Source: Paraspadella gotoi (taxonomy: Eukaryota > Animalia > Chaetognatha). From it: a DNA stretch of 64,000 bases. The notes under the pieces were generated by a model. It made no database searches, had not been told where the DNA came from, and was given only the letters and a program-made list of their open reading frames with translations. Position numbers and translations under genes: made by a program. Below are positions 25,082 through 37,076 of the stretch, in pieces. The stretch is from positions 12,763,039 through 12,827,038 of the forward strand of contig CM119271.1 in NCBI GenBank assembly GCA_051294375.1. Reading direction: 5' to 3'. How positions within the stretch are numbered: the stretch's first letter is position 1; every line of letters begins with the position of its first letter.

Positions 25082-25868
25082 TCATTTCTCAATCAAGAAG
25101 CTAAAGAATAACTTTTCCTCTTTTTCATTTTTAAATTTGGGAACGAAATTGATGTTGAGGATCTCTTCGAAGCCTTCCGACACTTTGGGGGCTTGAAACT
25201 TCTTTCGATGGGAAAATATGACCTGAGAAAACGAAAAGGACGAAATATTATCAAGATTCCTTTTAACATTTGTAAATGATTATTAGTTAAAAAATACGAA
25301 CGATTTCGTTGACGTCCTTGTGCGCTTTGTCCAAATCGACGAAGCGGCGATACTTGTTCAAATGCTTCGACATCGACACCGAAACGTCGAAGAGGAAGCA
25401 GCGGACCTGAAAACAATATTGATAAATAATTTATTAAATGGTCATATTTTTAAAGTTAAATTAAGTATATAACAGGGTTACCCTGATTATACATGACATC
25501 GGTTAATATAGGTTCAGTGGATATTCAATTTGTGACTTACTTTATATGCAATATGCAAATGAGATTTGAGATAATTCACAAATTAATCTGCTACAAGCAC
25601 TGCGTAAATATTTCTCCCTTATGCATATCATAGTCTCGACGAGGAAGAAAAAAAATTTGAGTGGGTTGAACCTTAACATTGTTCTTCCTCGCGACGGCCA
25701 AGTATCTCTCCCTGGAGGCGGCGTCGACGTTAGTGTTGTCGACAGCGACGCTCTTCCCCGACCGCAGCGCCTCGTCCGTCACCTCGACGCACTGCTGCCA
25801 CGAGCCGAGGCTGTCGCGGTTGACGTGGATGTATCCGTGAGGGAGAAGGTGGTTCTGAAGGGAGGGAT

Positions 25869-25916
<48 letters not shown>

Positions 25917-28900
25917 TTATTGGCCGCGTCCAAGATGTCGATGATGACGATGTAAATGAACAAAAACACTAACTTTGACGAAAGTTGTCTTGCCAGCAGC
26001 CGGAGGTCCGACCAAGACGACGACCTCCTGGACGGGTGAGTCGATGGCGGCGTCGGTGGAGGAGGTGAGGTGGGCGTTACCGCGGAGGCTGCGTGGGTCG
26101 AACTCGGGTAGGGAAAAGGGCGGAGCGGCGGAGCCTTGGAAATACTCTTCGGGAGTTTGGAACGAAACGCCTATGGAAAGAAAAAGAATACTTTAATAAT
26201 TTTTATTTTTATTAATAACGAAAACGATATTCATAAAACAAAAACAGTAACAGTCACGATAACAGTGTAAATAGACCGGATCACGATTAAACACGTTTTA
26301 TATAATATCCAATACGAAGACAAGAGGTGAGCCGCTTTAAGAATAACCCAGGTATGGAGAGATAAGCTAAATACATCGCTCCAATCAAATTTACATTTTA
26401 GATCTATACTGAGGTTTTTCTATTGAACATCGAAACAGAAAAATATTCTTTAAGGGCAAAAATTTAATTTAAACGATAATATGCAAATGAGATTTTGAAA
26501 TTTAATTTTAAAAAATGTAAAAAACTACGAGTAAAATGTATCAAAGATATATCACTAATACATCGGGGGGGGGGAACTGAGTTGAGTTTAAGGCCGACAG
26601 ATTTTGTCAATGGCCAAGGCCACACCAAGGCCACGCCCAAATCCACGCCACTTACCCAGATTTAAGGCAAAGAGTCGATCTCCGCAACTGAAGTCCTTCT
26701 TGGTTTTGGGTCTCCAATTCTCCGGTCGGCCCGCGGCGTCGCCCACGTAGAGGCACCGACTGCGGTCGACGTTGATGAAGGAGTTGGCTCGCTGTTATGG
26801 ATGATAATGAGTTTATCAAATTAAATTTAATTATATATAAATAAAAAAAACCTTCAGCTAGAGCGTTCAAAGATAACAAAATATTAGATATTTTATTCCA
26901 TCCATTATTATTTTAATGCAATAAGGTCTGAAGAATTCGATGATGATAACAATTTTTTTTGTATAGTTTCATCCTCCTTGTGGCAAATGGCGATTTTTTA
27001 AGCGTATAAGGTGCTATTAAAATGGCGCAAACATTGTAGAGTATGAGAAACGCAAATTGCTAAAATTTTATTAAAGTCATATTTACCTTATATAATATAG
27101 AAATAAAAACCTATAACCATATTTCGGTAAGTTTATTTATAAATTTTATATTTTATTAACAGCTTGTTCACTATATTTATTAATAATTAATTGTAAAAAA
27201 TAGGCTAAAGTGAAAAAAGAAAAATTTAGAAATTTTAAAACCGGATTTAAATTCTTTGCCAAAAGTTGATATAAGAAAGTAAAATCCATTTTAATAAATT
27301 GTTTCATTAAGTTGGTTAAAAATGTAAAAATCTATGATTTTTGTTTAATTTTACCATTTTTGGGTTAAAATTATAGTTTTGTAATCTTTTAATAAAAATT
27401 TTATTTTCTTATATTAACTTTTTTCAAGGAATGAAATCCGGGATAAAAATTTTTAAATAATTATTTTTTAACTTTAGGCAAATTTTTACTCATTATTATT
27501 AAATATAGCTAACTTTTAATAAAATACTGTGGCGGTATATTCACACTGCCTAACGTCCACCATCCTTCAGCCAAATCCATTGGCTCAGAGGGGGAACACA
27601 CCATCCCAGGCGTTGTGTTCAATCCACAGTCCTAACGACTTCCCTTGGCAAAGCGAGACCGTCCTAGGGTAACCGCGCCAGTGACTGGAGGCGTCACTGA
27701 GGGTCAGAAGCCCCCAAAGCAAACAGTGAGATGCCCCATCCCAATGGGCATCACAGGCAACCCGGCTGTTGCCATAATACAAAATTTAGAATTAAATTTA
27801 CAAAAATATTTTTATATATCTTATATTTTGTTATCTTTGAATGCTCTACCGTTCACACAACAGTATCCGGCGCTCTCACCTTTTCCAAATACTCCCACAT
27901 CCCGGGCAGAGGTTTTCGATTGTACCCGTCGCCGCAAGAAACGAAGACTTGAACAGAGACGCCCAGGGCAGTGAGTACGGCCTCGATCTGCCAATGAGTC
28001 GAGGAGGGGGGACAAAGGTCATTAAAACAAAAGACCCGAGGGTTGAAGAGAAAGTAGATATGAGCTACGACGAACCTTGGAGCGAAACTTGGCTCGATCG
28101 ACTTTTCCCTTTTCGATCCCGGCTTGATTCGTAAAGAAGACGACTTTCTTTCCGCTCGCGATTTCCGATTTGAGTTTGACGGCGCAGTTGGGGAAGAGGA
28201 TCTTCCAGTCATCATAGTCGACTGGGGGAGGGGGGAATTTAAAATCGGTTCAACCAAATTAAAAATTATCCATTTGTGGCGGTATATTCACACCGCCTCA
28301 CGTCCACCATCCTTCAGCCAAATCCATTGGCTCAGAGGGGGAACACACCATCCCAGGCGTAGTGTTCCATCCACAGTCCTAATGACTTCCCTCTGCGTTG
28401 GCAAAGCGAGACCGTCCTAGGGTAACCGCGCCAGTGACTGGAGGCGTCACTGAGGGTCGGAAGCCCCCAAAGCCAACAGTGAGATGCCCCATCACAGGCA
28501 ACCCGGCTGTTGCTATAAATTCATTTGATAAATAAGCTATCTTGCTCCGGATTTTGGACAGATTATATTGGGCGATGGTCCCCTCTCTGACAAGATGATA
28601 ACATAGCAAGAACCTCTAAGCTTTCAATCAAGACTCTCTGACACTCAGTCTCGTTTATTAATTCCCAGAAAACCTTGCTTTCCTATAAACGAGATGGTAT
28701 GTTTTAAGAAAAGGACCACTCTTTCCCTTGAAAAAACTTAATACATTTAATGAGTTAATCTTTTTAAGAGTATTTCATAATTTAAAATCATCTATGAATA
28801 AATAACCTCCGAAAGTCTTTCCGCTTTTCGTGGTGATGATCGTGCCGTCGACGTCGAACCCGACGACTTGGCTTTGACCGATCGCGTTCGACGGAATCAG

Positions 28901-29554
28901 GACCATCAGCTTCTCCGACGGAATGTCTTCCCAACGCCATTCAACGTCTTGACAGATTTAAAAAAATTGTATAAATAAGAAAATAAATAAATACAGATAA
29001 GATTCCGACCTCCTTAGACCCCCTTCTCACCAGCCATCGCCTCGTTCTTCCCGAGCCAACTTTGCAAGCTCGGTTTGGCCCTTTTCGCTGGATTGTGGGC
29101 GTGCCCGGACTCGACCGCGTTATCTTGTCTTCTCTTCAAATTGAGCCACGGAGTCCGGAATGGACCGGAACCGTTTCTCGTGGAAGGAAGATAAGAGAGA
29201 GAGAATCCGTGACGATCTCCGTTGTGGAGATAAAACCGGACGTCGCCGCCGCTGATCGAATGCGATTTGCCTTTATCGAGCGTCACGCCGTTCACTCTTG
29301 AAGGATTCACGCCGAGTTGAGTGAATCTTTAACGAGTCAATGTAATAGTTAACGCGATATTAATCACGTCCTTTTTTTTTAAATTTAATTAAATACTTGA
29401 TCTCATCGGCAAAGTGGATCCGCAGGTGCTGTCTAGAGACGTGCACGTCCTTGATCATCGTCATGGGACTTCGGCCCAGAATTAAAGATTCTCCATATTT
29501 GGCGAAGAGAACTAAATCACCTTCGATCTTTCTGATCTCGAATTTCCCTTCCAT
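25082..29554 (-). CDS. PNKP: Polynucleotide kinase 3'-phosphatase (FHA + HAD phosphatase + kinase), multi-exon
   Basis: FHA LGRSP…VSRQH, HAD motif FDVDGTIITTKSGKTF, FTNQAGI, RKPLPGMW, YVGDAAGR and P-loop VGPPAAGKT, VDNTN. Confidence 0.95.
27171..27510. mobile_element. AT-rich foldback/MITE-like inverted repeat in a PNKP intron
   Basis: About 27171-27295 is an imperfect reverse complement of about 27390-27510. Confidence 0.6.
27528..27776. mobile_element. Solo-LTR-like element of about 250 bp, copy 1 (PNKP intron)
   Basis: TGTGGC…GCCATA termini, flanked by ATAC/ATAC. Near-identical to 28275-28517. Confidence 0.7.
28275..28517. mobile_element. Solo-LTR-like element of about 245 bp, copy 2 (another PNKP intron)
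   Basis: TGTGGC…GCTATA termini with CATT/AATT flanks. Direct repeat of 27528-27776 with small indels. Confidence 0.7.
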
Positions 29555-30265
29555 TTATTAATTAAAAACACTAAAAAAAATCACTATCAGCAGTGAGAAA
29601 AAATATTCTTAATAAAAAAAAAAATTACTATCGGACACTGAAAAATATCGGCTCGTAAGCGATTTATCGATAACTTAATAAGGAAATGGGTTATATACGG
29701 TGCCGACATAGCCAGCAATACAAGAAATTGCAGCAAGCGTGTTTTTACTAAAAGATTTCGACAAGAAAAAACGATTTGTTATTAATTATTTTAATAATTT
29801 ATACGTTAAAATAATAAGCAAAAAAAATTCGTGTCGAGAACCCAAAGTACGAATCACGCCTGCCAATAAATTGAAGCTAAAATATGGAGTAATTAATCAT
29901 TAAGACTAAACGGATTTCATAAAATTTAAATTTCACTAATTCCTCTCGGGATTTCTATTTCCTAGGAAATAGAAGAACGAAAAGTTTTTTTTTTGTTTTC
30001 AACAAAAGTGGCTGCGCGATTTAAAAAAAAAAAAAAAAGTTTACGTGGTGACACGGTGATTATTACGATAACATTTTGTTTGTTTTTGTTTGTTTCAAAC
30101 GTCTCAAAAACTCACTTCACAAATCAGCAATCAGCAATTCTGCATGCCTTGGGAAAATAAAACGCATTTTTTAACTCCCTCGACTGCCCCGTGCCCCGGT
30201 TTAAAAGGGCAATTTCTTGCAGCAAAGAAAAAGTACTTGACGAACAATCGGGGGGGGGGGAGTGA

Positions 30266-30298
<33 letters not shown>

Positions 30299-30304
30299 TC
30301 CTCC

Positions 30305-33300
30305 TCATTCCTCGTCTTCGATGACGAGCGCCCGCAAGGCTTCTTTGTACTCCATGATGCCGCCTTTCCACTTGGTCACTTTTTCGTCTTTGCATTCCCA
30401 AATCTCTTCCGCAACTTGGCTGATCAAACGGAAGTCGTGACTCACCTAAAGAAAGCGCCAAAACGACAATATTAGTACATTTCTTTTGAGAGAAAGTTGT
30501 AATTTAATATTAAAATAAAAGCAACAATATTGGCAATTAAACAAAAAGAGAAGTCTTCTTCTTCATCCTTATCCTAAATTGTAATACATATATTAATAAC
30601 TTACTACACGAGGAGGCAGTTAACCGAATAAACTCAACCCAGCCTGACCCATAAAGTCAACCAGCCTGGACTAAATTTGAAGAATCAAGTTTTAAAGTTT
30701 AAAGTTTCCAATTAGCTGGCCAGACAATGAGACTTAAATGTAAGAGATGATTATTTAATATGATCTTAAATGAGATTGAATTTATTTATTTATTGAGTTA
30801 AATCTAAATGTGGCCATTTTCATTTTGGATTTTAATACGAGTTCTGTTTTACGGTTTTCCAGTAGCTAAATATAGTCTTTAGAAATGTTAATGATTAACA
30901 GGAGTTATAGTAATATTTTAACTGATTAATTAATAAACATTTTTTTACGTAAAGAGTTAACTTGCTCATATTTAGTGATTTACCGAGTTCAAATAAAACC
31001 ATATCAAATAAACCATTACGGAGCAATGAGTCAATGACCCCCTCATTATCCTTGTCACTCTTACTAAGATCATCCCTCCGTTGTATTCGTTGATGGCTTC
31101 GGCCAAAGCGTCGATGGTTTCCAGATCCAAATGATTCGTGGGTTCGTCCAGGAGCAACATGTGGGGATTCTGCGCGGGATAAATAAATAAATAAATAAAT
31201 AAAGGATACACATCTTCTCTAATTTAATTAATCCCTTTTACCTGCCAGGCCATCCAGGCGAAGATGATTCTGCATCGCTGACCGTCGGAGAGATTTCTCA
31301 TGGGACAGACTTGCTGTCGCCCGGTGAGGCCGTACTTACCCACCAGTTTCCTCATCTCTTCCAACTCTGCAAAGGAGAAAATGCGAATGGATTTGTTAAA
31401 GAGTTTCGCTTTTAAAGAAAAATGGTAAGTGAAGCGGAGTTTGCTCACCTTTGATTTCGGGGAAAGATTGCATCAACCACTCGACGGCGGAGAGATTCAA
31501 ATCGAGGATTTCGTGAAGGTGTTGATGATATCGCACCATTCTGAAAATTTAGGAAGGGCAATTACAAACCTCATTTGTAGGAAATTCGTACAACCAATAA
31601 TAATAAATTTTACATTCATTTCATAAATAAGCCCCGGACTTGGGACAGGCTTTGGTGGTTTAAGGCCTCCATCACTCTTACAAGTTAATGACATAGCAGA
31701 TCTCTGCAAGCTTTCAATCAAGACTCTCTCAGTCTCGTTCATTCACTGTATCTTATTTGTTTTTAAAAAATCATTTATTTTTTTATGTCATAACGTTGAC
31801 AGCGCAAGTATGAAACCGACGGTAGATCAACCCTCAATCTAATATCGGCCAAATATCTACCACAATGGCTACCATGATATGATTTGTGCGCTTAGGAAGG
31901 AACTTGTGTCAGTTCCGATCCCGGGCGGGAGCTCTGTCCCATTTTCAATATGAGGGATGATCGAAAGATCAATCCTGTCTTAGCAGTCCTGAACCCAAGC
32001 CTCCATTTCCTTATCACCTGACGTGAGGGTTCTTCCTGATGAGTCCATCGGTCGGCACCAAGTCGCCCGTCAAGAGTTTGATGAGCGTCGATTTCCCGGC
32101 GCCGTTGGGACCGACGAGGGCGATGCGGGAATCCAGGTCCAAACCGAAATCCAAATCCTGATGATTATTAAAATAATACAAAATAATAATAATAATAATA
32201 ATTAATAAATATCAAATGATTTACATCCAACTGAAACCTTGTAAATGACTTTGCTGGATCCGGGATACTTGAAATGCACGTGCTGCACCATGATGACCGG
32301 CGGAGGAATCTTGTCGCAATCGGGAAAGTAAAAGGTGACGGTTTTGTCTCGCATGACTCGTTCCGTCAATCCTCCGTCCACCTAAGATTAAATACGATTA
32401 ATACCTCAGATTATTAAGATTAAATAGGGAAGCAAAGTTCTCTGGGATTTAATAAACTAGACTGTTGAAAGCAGGGATCTGCTATGTCATTATCTTGTCA
32501 GATTGATGGAGGCCTTAAACCACCAAAGCCTGTCCAAAGACGGAGGCAAGATAGCTTATTTATTGAATGAATGGATAAGTTTATATTAATTTGTAAGACT
32601 CAGATTGATGGAGGCTTAAACCCACCATAGCCTATCCAAAGTCACTGGCAAGATTATTATTTATTTATTAAACTTATTTATTAAATGATTGGATAATTTT
32701 TATATTGGTTGTACTTGTACCAATTTCAAAAACATTTGTGACAATTGACATTGATTGTTTAATAATTATGTCTGTTAGATAATAGATAGGCCTAACCCTA
32801 TTATTAAAACTAAGAAACAGAAAGTACAAAATGAGAGAATAGATCATAAAGAAACCCCCCTCCCCCCAAGGGCTCCATCTCACCATCTTCTTGAGCGTCT
32901 TCTCTTTGCTCTGCGCTTGTCGAGCGAGCTTGGCTGATCCGTGACCGAATCGAGCGATGTAGTCTTTCATGTGGGAGATTTGATCTTGCTCCCACTTGTG
33001 TCGCTTCATCTGATTCTCCTCCAACTCCAAGCGCGTCTTCACGTATGTGTCGTAGTTTCCGCCGTAGTATTTCAAGCGGGTTTTGTTTATGTGGATGATG
33101 TCGGTGCAGACTGGAAGGGGGAGTGAGAGAAGAAGATTAGGATAAACCCCCCGAGGTAAATTATTTGTTGTTTTCCTTCATTTTAATTGTTCGTGTTGCA
33201 GCCTCTCATTGAAGTTCAGCAAGATGAAGATATCCATCTCTCACTTTCACATTCACCGATTTTGTAGTTGAGCTAACATTGTCCTTACATCCTTACATTG

Positions 33301-34151
33301 TCCCATCGTCAGACGTAAATTGTAAAACGATTTAAACCAGTCATCGACAAAATAATGGCCCCCAGTCGCTCACCGCCGTTGAGGAAGTCCTGCGAGTGAG
33401 AGACGAGAAGGATGATTCGTTTGTAGTGCTTCAAGTAGTTCTCGAGCCAAACGCAGGCTTCCAGATCCAAATGATTGGTCGGCTCGTCCAAGAGAAGCAA
33501 CGTCGGACTGTCAAGAAATAAACAGACTTTAACAGTGGCTGCTCGAAGTGGCTCGTCAACGACCTCTGCTGTCAATAAAAACCTGATGAAGAGCGCTCTG
33601 GCCAGCGCGATCCGCATCCTCCATCCTCCGGAAAAGTCTTTGGCGGAAGTGGCCTGCATCGCCTTAGTGAATCCGAGGCCGTGGAGGATCATGGCGGCGC
33701 GCTTCTCAGCCGTCGCCGCCTCCATCTTGTCCAAACGTTCGTAGATGTCGAGCAGACGCTCCTGCGACATCTCGTCCTCGTTCAAGGCCAACTCCTCCGC
33801 TTCCTTGGGGAGTGAGGAAAGGTAAGTTAAGGTAAAGCAAGGGGTTCTCTTAAGTTCGATATCAAACGTGATAAGTTTGACATTAGATTTCTCACCGCTT
33901 CGAGTCGTAGTCTCTCCTCGTCAACCTCCATGACACACTGCAAGGCCGTCTTGGCGGAGGGAGCGATCTCCCGCGTCACGTGGAAAATGTCCACGAAGTC
34001 GGGGACCGGGATTTCGCGATTGCTGATGACTGACATGAGGGTACTCTTCCCGCTTCCGTTCAAACCGATCAACCCGTATCTGCCAATAATTAATATCAAA
34101 TTAATAAGAAAATTCGCATCTAATCACCATTTTCAGAATTGTTAATAATAA

Positions 34152-34182
<31 letters not shown>

Positions 34183-35118
34183 AATAATAATCAAAACCTG
34201 TGTCCAAAGGTCAACTCTAGCTTGGTGTCTGTGAGAAGTTCTCCGCCATAAAAAGTGAGAGTGACTTGTTCGATCTTAATGTCCCTGGATTGAGGATGCG
34301 AGGCCAAGACTCCCGTGCAGGATCGAGCGTTGGCGTTCGTGATCTCCAAATCCGCCAACATCTTCTCTACGTCCTGATTTATTAATGTTAAGATTTTGAT
34401 TTAAAGTCTTCAAAGACTCGGGGATTTACGTGAAGGAACATTCCGACCTGTCCGGAGAACTTGCTGTCGCAGTCCTCGGCCGACATGAACTCCGACGAGG
34501 AAGGTGTGGGTTCTTTGCTTCCGTTGAGGATGAAAGGTGTGTCGCCCATATTCGTCGTCTGGATAGAAAGAAAATAAACCTTGGAATCTCCACATCGGCT
34601 AAAACGGCGAATCGGCCAATCGGAGGGGATAAAAAAAACTAAGGACCTTTCGATCTCCGGCTCCATTCAAGGCGGGAGAGTGTTCTCTGCTCGTCGTCCG
34701 CGAGGATCGGCGGATTGCGTTGGTGTGGATCCCGCCGGGGTGCTGCACTCCGATTTGACTGAAAAAAAAAAGGCTGCGTTGAAAAACATCTGCAGAAAGT
34801 GAACTCACCAGTCACCACCTTTGGGCGCTCATGTTCTAACCTCACCCGAACCTGAATCACCTTTGGGTTCACAATGTTCTAAAGCTCACTCGAGCCAGTA
34901 ACTTATCCAGGGCGCGATTAAATTTTGAAAGTGCTAAGTTTTAATACCGCTAAATCCTCGACAAATTCCCTAAAACTAACCTTTAGGCTCGCACATTTTC
35001 TGAGTGTTCTAAAGCCTCAACTCTCTTCCGTGAACTGACCTTTGGGCGCGCTCAAGTTCTTCTGCTTTGCCTGTTCCTTCTTCTTCTGGTCTCTCTTCTT
35101 CTTAGCGTCGGAAGGCAT
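30305..35118 (-). CDS. ABCF2: ATP-binding cassette subfamily F member 2, multi-exon
   Basis: [62 protein letters not shown] (twice), [21 protein letters not shown] and LSDGQRCR. Confidence 0.96.
31625..31747. repeat. Representative copy of a 120-170 bp interspersed intronic repeat family
   Basis: Core GGACAGGCTTTGGTGGTTTAAGGCCTCCATCACTCTTACAAG…GACATAGCAG…AGCTTTCAATCAAGACTCTC. It recurs at about 28527-28668, 32440-32660 (inverted), 38200-38250 (partial), 56436-56550 and 58710-58945. Confidence 0.85.
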
Positions 35119-37076
35119 CGCGAATTTGCTGATTGGTGATAGTTGGGGAATGAGTTTTTTTTGTTGTTGTGTCAATTAAATAATTTGGTTTTTTTTTTAA
35201 TGATTCGAGATTTCCAATGTAAGCACTAAGCAGCGACTCTGGAGTACGTAATCGTTTTAATTAAATAAAGAACCTCCAAATATTTAAAACCTAAATATTG
35301 CGAGAAAAAGTAGTTTTTTTTGTTTGTTTTTTTTTTTTGGTTTTGAAATCACAAAGGAAAAAAAAACTTAATGAAACCAAAATTTTTTGCGACAAAAAAT
35401 CGGGCCGCAACCAAAAATAGATTTAAGATTTGAGCGATCGCATGAGAGAGAAAGAGACATCGGGAAGAAAAATGATGAGAAAATTAACAAAATATACATA
35501 ATATGCACCGTAATTAGCTTAAGGTAACAAGTACAATACTGCTTCTACTATAATTGTTTCAATGTAACAAGAGTAGAGAGATCAATCTCTATTATAGTGT
35601 ATACTGCTGTTAATACGGTTTGTTCTAAAAGGCAATACTATTAAGTTAGTAAAGTACATGTTATATACCTATTAATATGCTTACTAAAGTTAGTTTAAAA
35701 GATACAAATTAAGTAGGAAATCAAAAATGAAAGGTTGCAAGATTTTTTTTTATCGAAATTCTTCCACTAAAGAAGACATTTTTTTTAAATCTCCTGCGGT
35801 CTACTGATGAAGCGAATCCAAACTATAAGCAACCTCGCGAAATTGTTTGTTATTTGGTATTGTGTTGTTGTGAGTGACTAGATTTAGTGATAATTACCAG
35901 AAAGGAGAAAGTGAGAACTCGTCAGTGGGCACTTTATATGGTGAAAGAAGCAAATGATACAGTTCTGATGGTCACGGAAACAACGGGCGTCAACAAAACG
36001 AAAAAACCCGATCTGAAGATCAGCTCAGCTCTCCTTTAATAAATCTTATTCTACATTTTTTTATGCATTGAAGCCAATGATGCGTTTTTCTCCCCAATAA
36101 TATTGAAATAATTGTTCGCATGGGGAGAGATATCGATTTGCTGAAACCCGGTTACCATCAGTTCCGTAATGACAACTGGTACAAAGTCAAAGGTTGTTGT
36201 TGTAAAAAAAAAAATGAATTTTCATAGTGAAGAAACAAACTTAAACATTATATGTCGAATATCTCGAAGAGGTAGAAATTTTATTAGCACCAATACATGC
36301 AAAGCTGGGTTTTTGGTCAATTTGTTCCATTTAAAACTCAGTAAAAAACTTTTTGTAATAATAAAATTCAAGCAACCAAAAAGGGCGTTTGTTACTCCAC
36401 ATAGGCATTAGTAAATAGCAGGTACTTGAATTCGTTACCAGTACAAAGTATTAAAAAACACAATTTCAATTTATGACATCATAGGGGAGTAAAAATTTCT
36501 TTTGGCATTATTTGAAAAAGTTAAATAGCATACAATGTAAAAGGTATTCATTTTTTTTTTGCTCATTACGTTAAACTTTAAGATATCTCACGAAAATTAT
36601 AACCTCAAACATTACAAATAATCGTATTTCGATTACTGAAGCTACTACAAATCATTTCTAAAACCAAATCAACAACCACTAGGCCATTTTTCAAACAAAG
36701 AATTTTTGGCAATCGTAGATTTAAGTTATAAGTTGGTATTTCAATAACATAAGTCAGTAATCAATATTTCAAAAAAGTGATAACATTTTTATTTGCCTTT
36801 TATTGGTTTAATGACTGAATATACTCGTATACTTTTATAATAATCTCGACATCATGACCATAGTGGCGAAAAACTACCACTAAACATCGCGTTCAAAATT
36901 AATAACTAATAGCCCAACATGAATTCTCGAATAATTACAACGATTTTTGGCCTCAAAAAGGACGGATCTAACAATAAGTTTCATTCAAAATAGAAACTCG
37001 CCCGAAATTTTCTTTAAACAGACACGAGGTTGAGCAATGATATTCTAACTCGTGAGTCAATATCATGACCAGCCCA

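Noticed and set aside
35799-35885. Second hammerhead-like motif CTGATGA-A-GCGA…TCGC-GAAA on the plus strand
   Set aside because: No helix III or palindrome, no properly placed NUH triplet and no helix I partner; at best a decayed copy.
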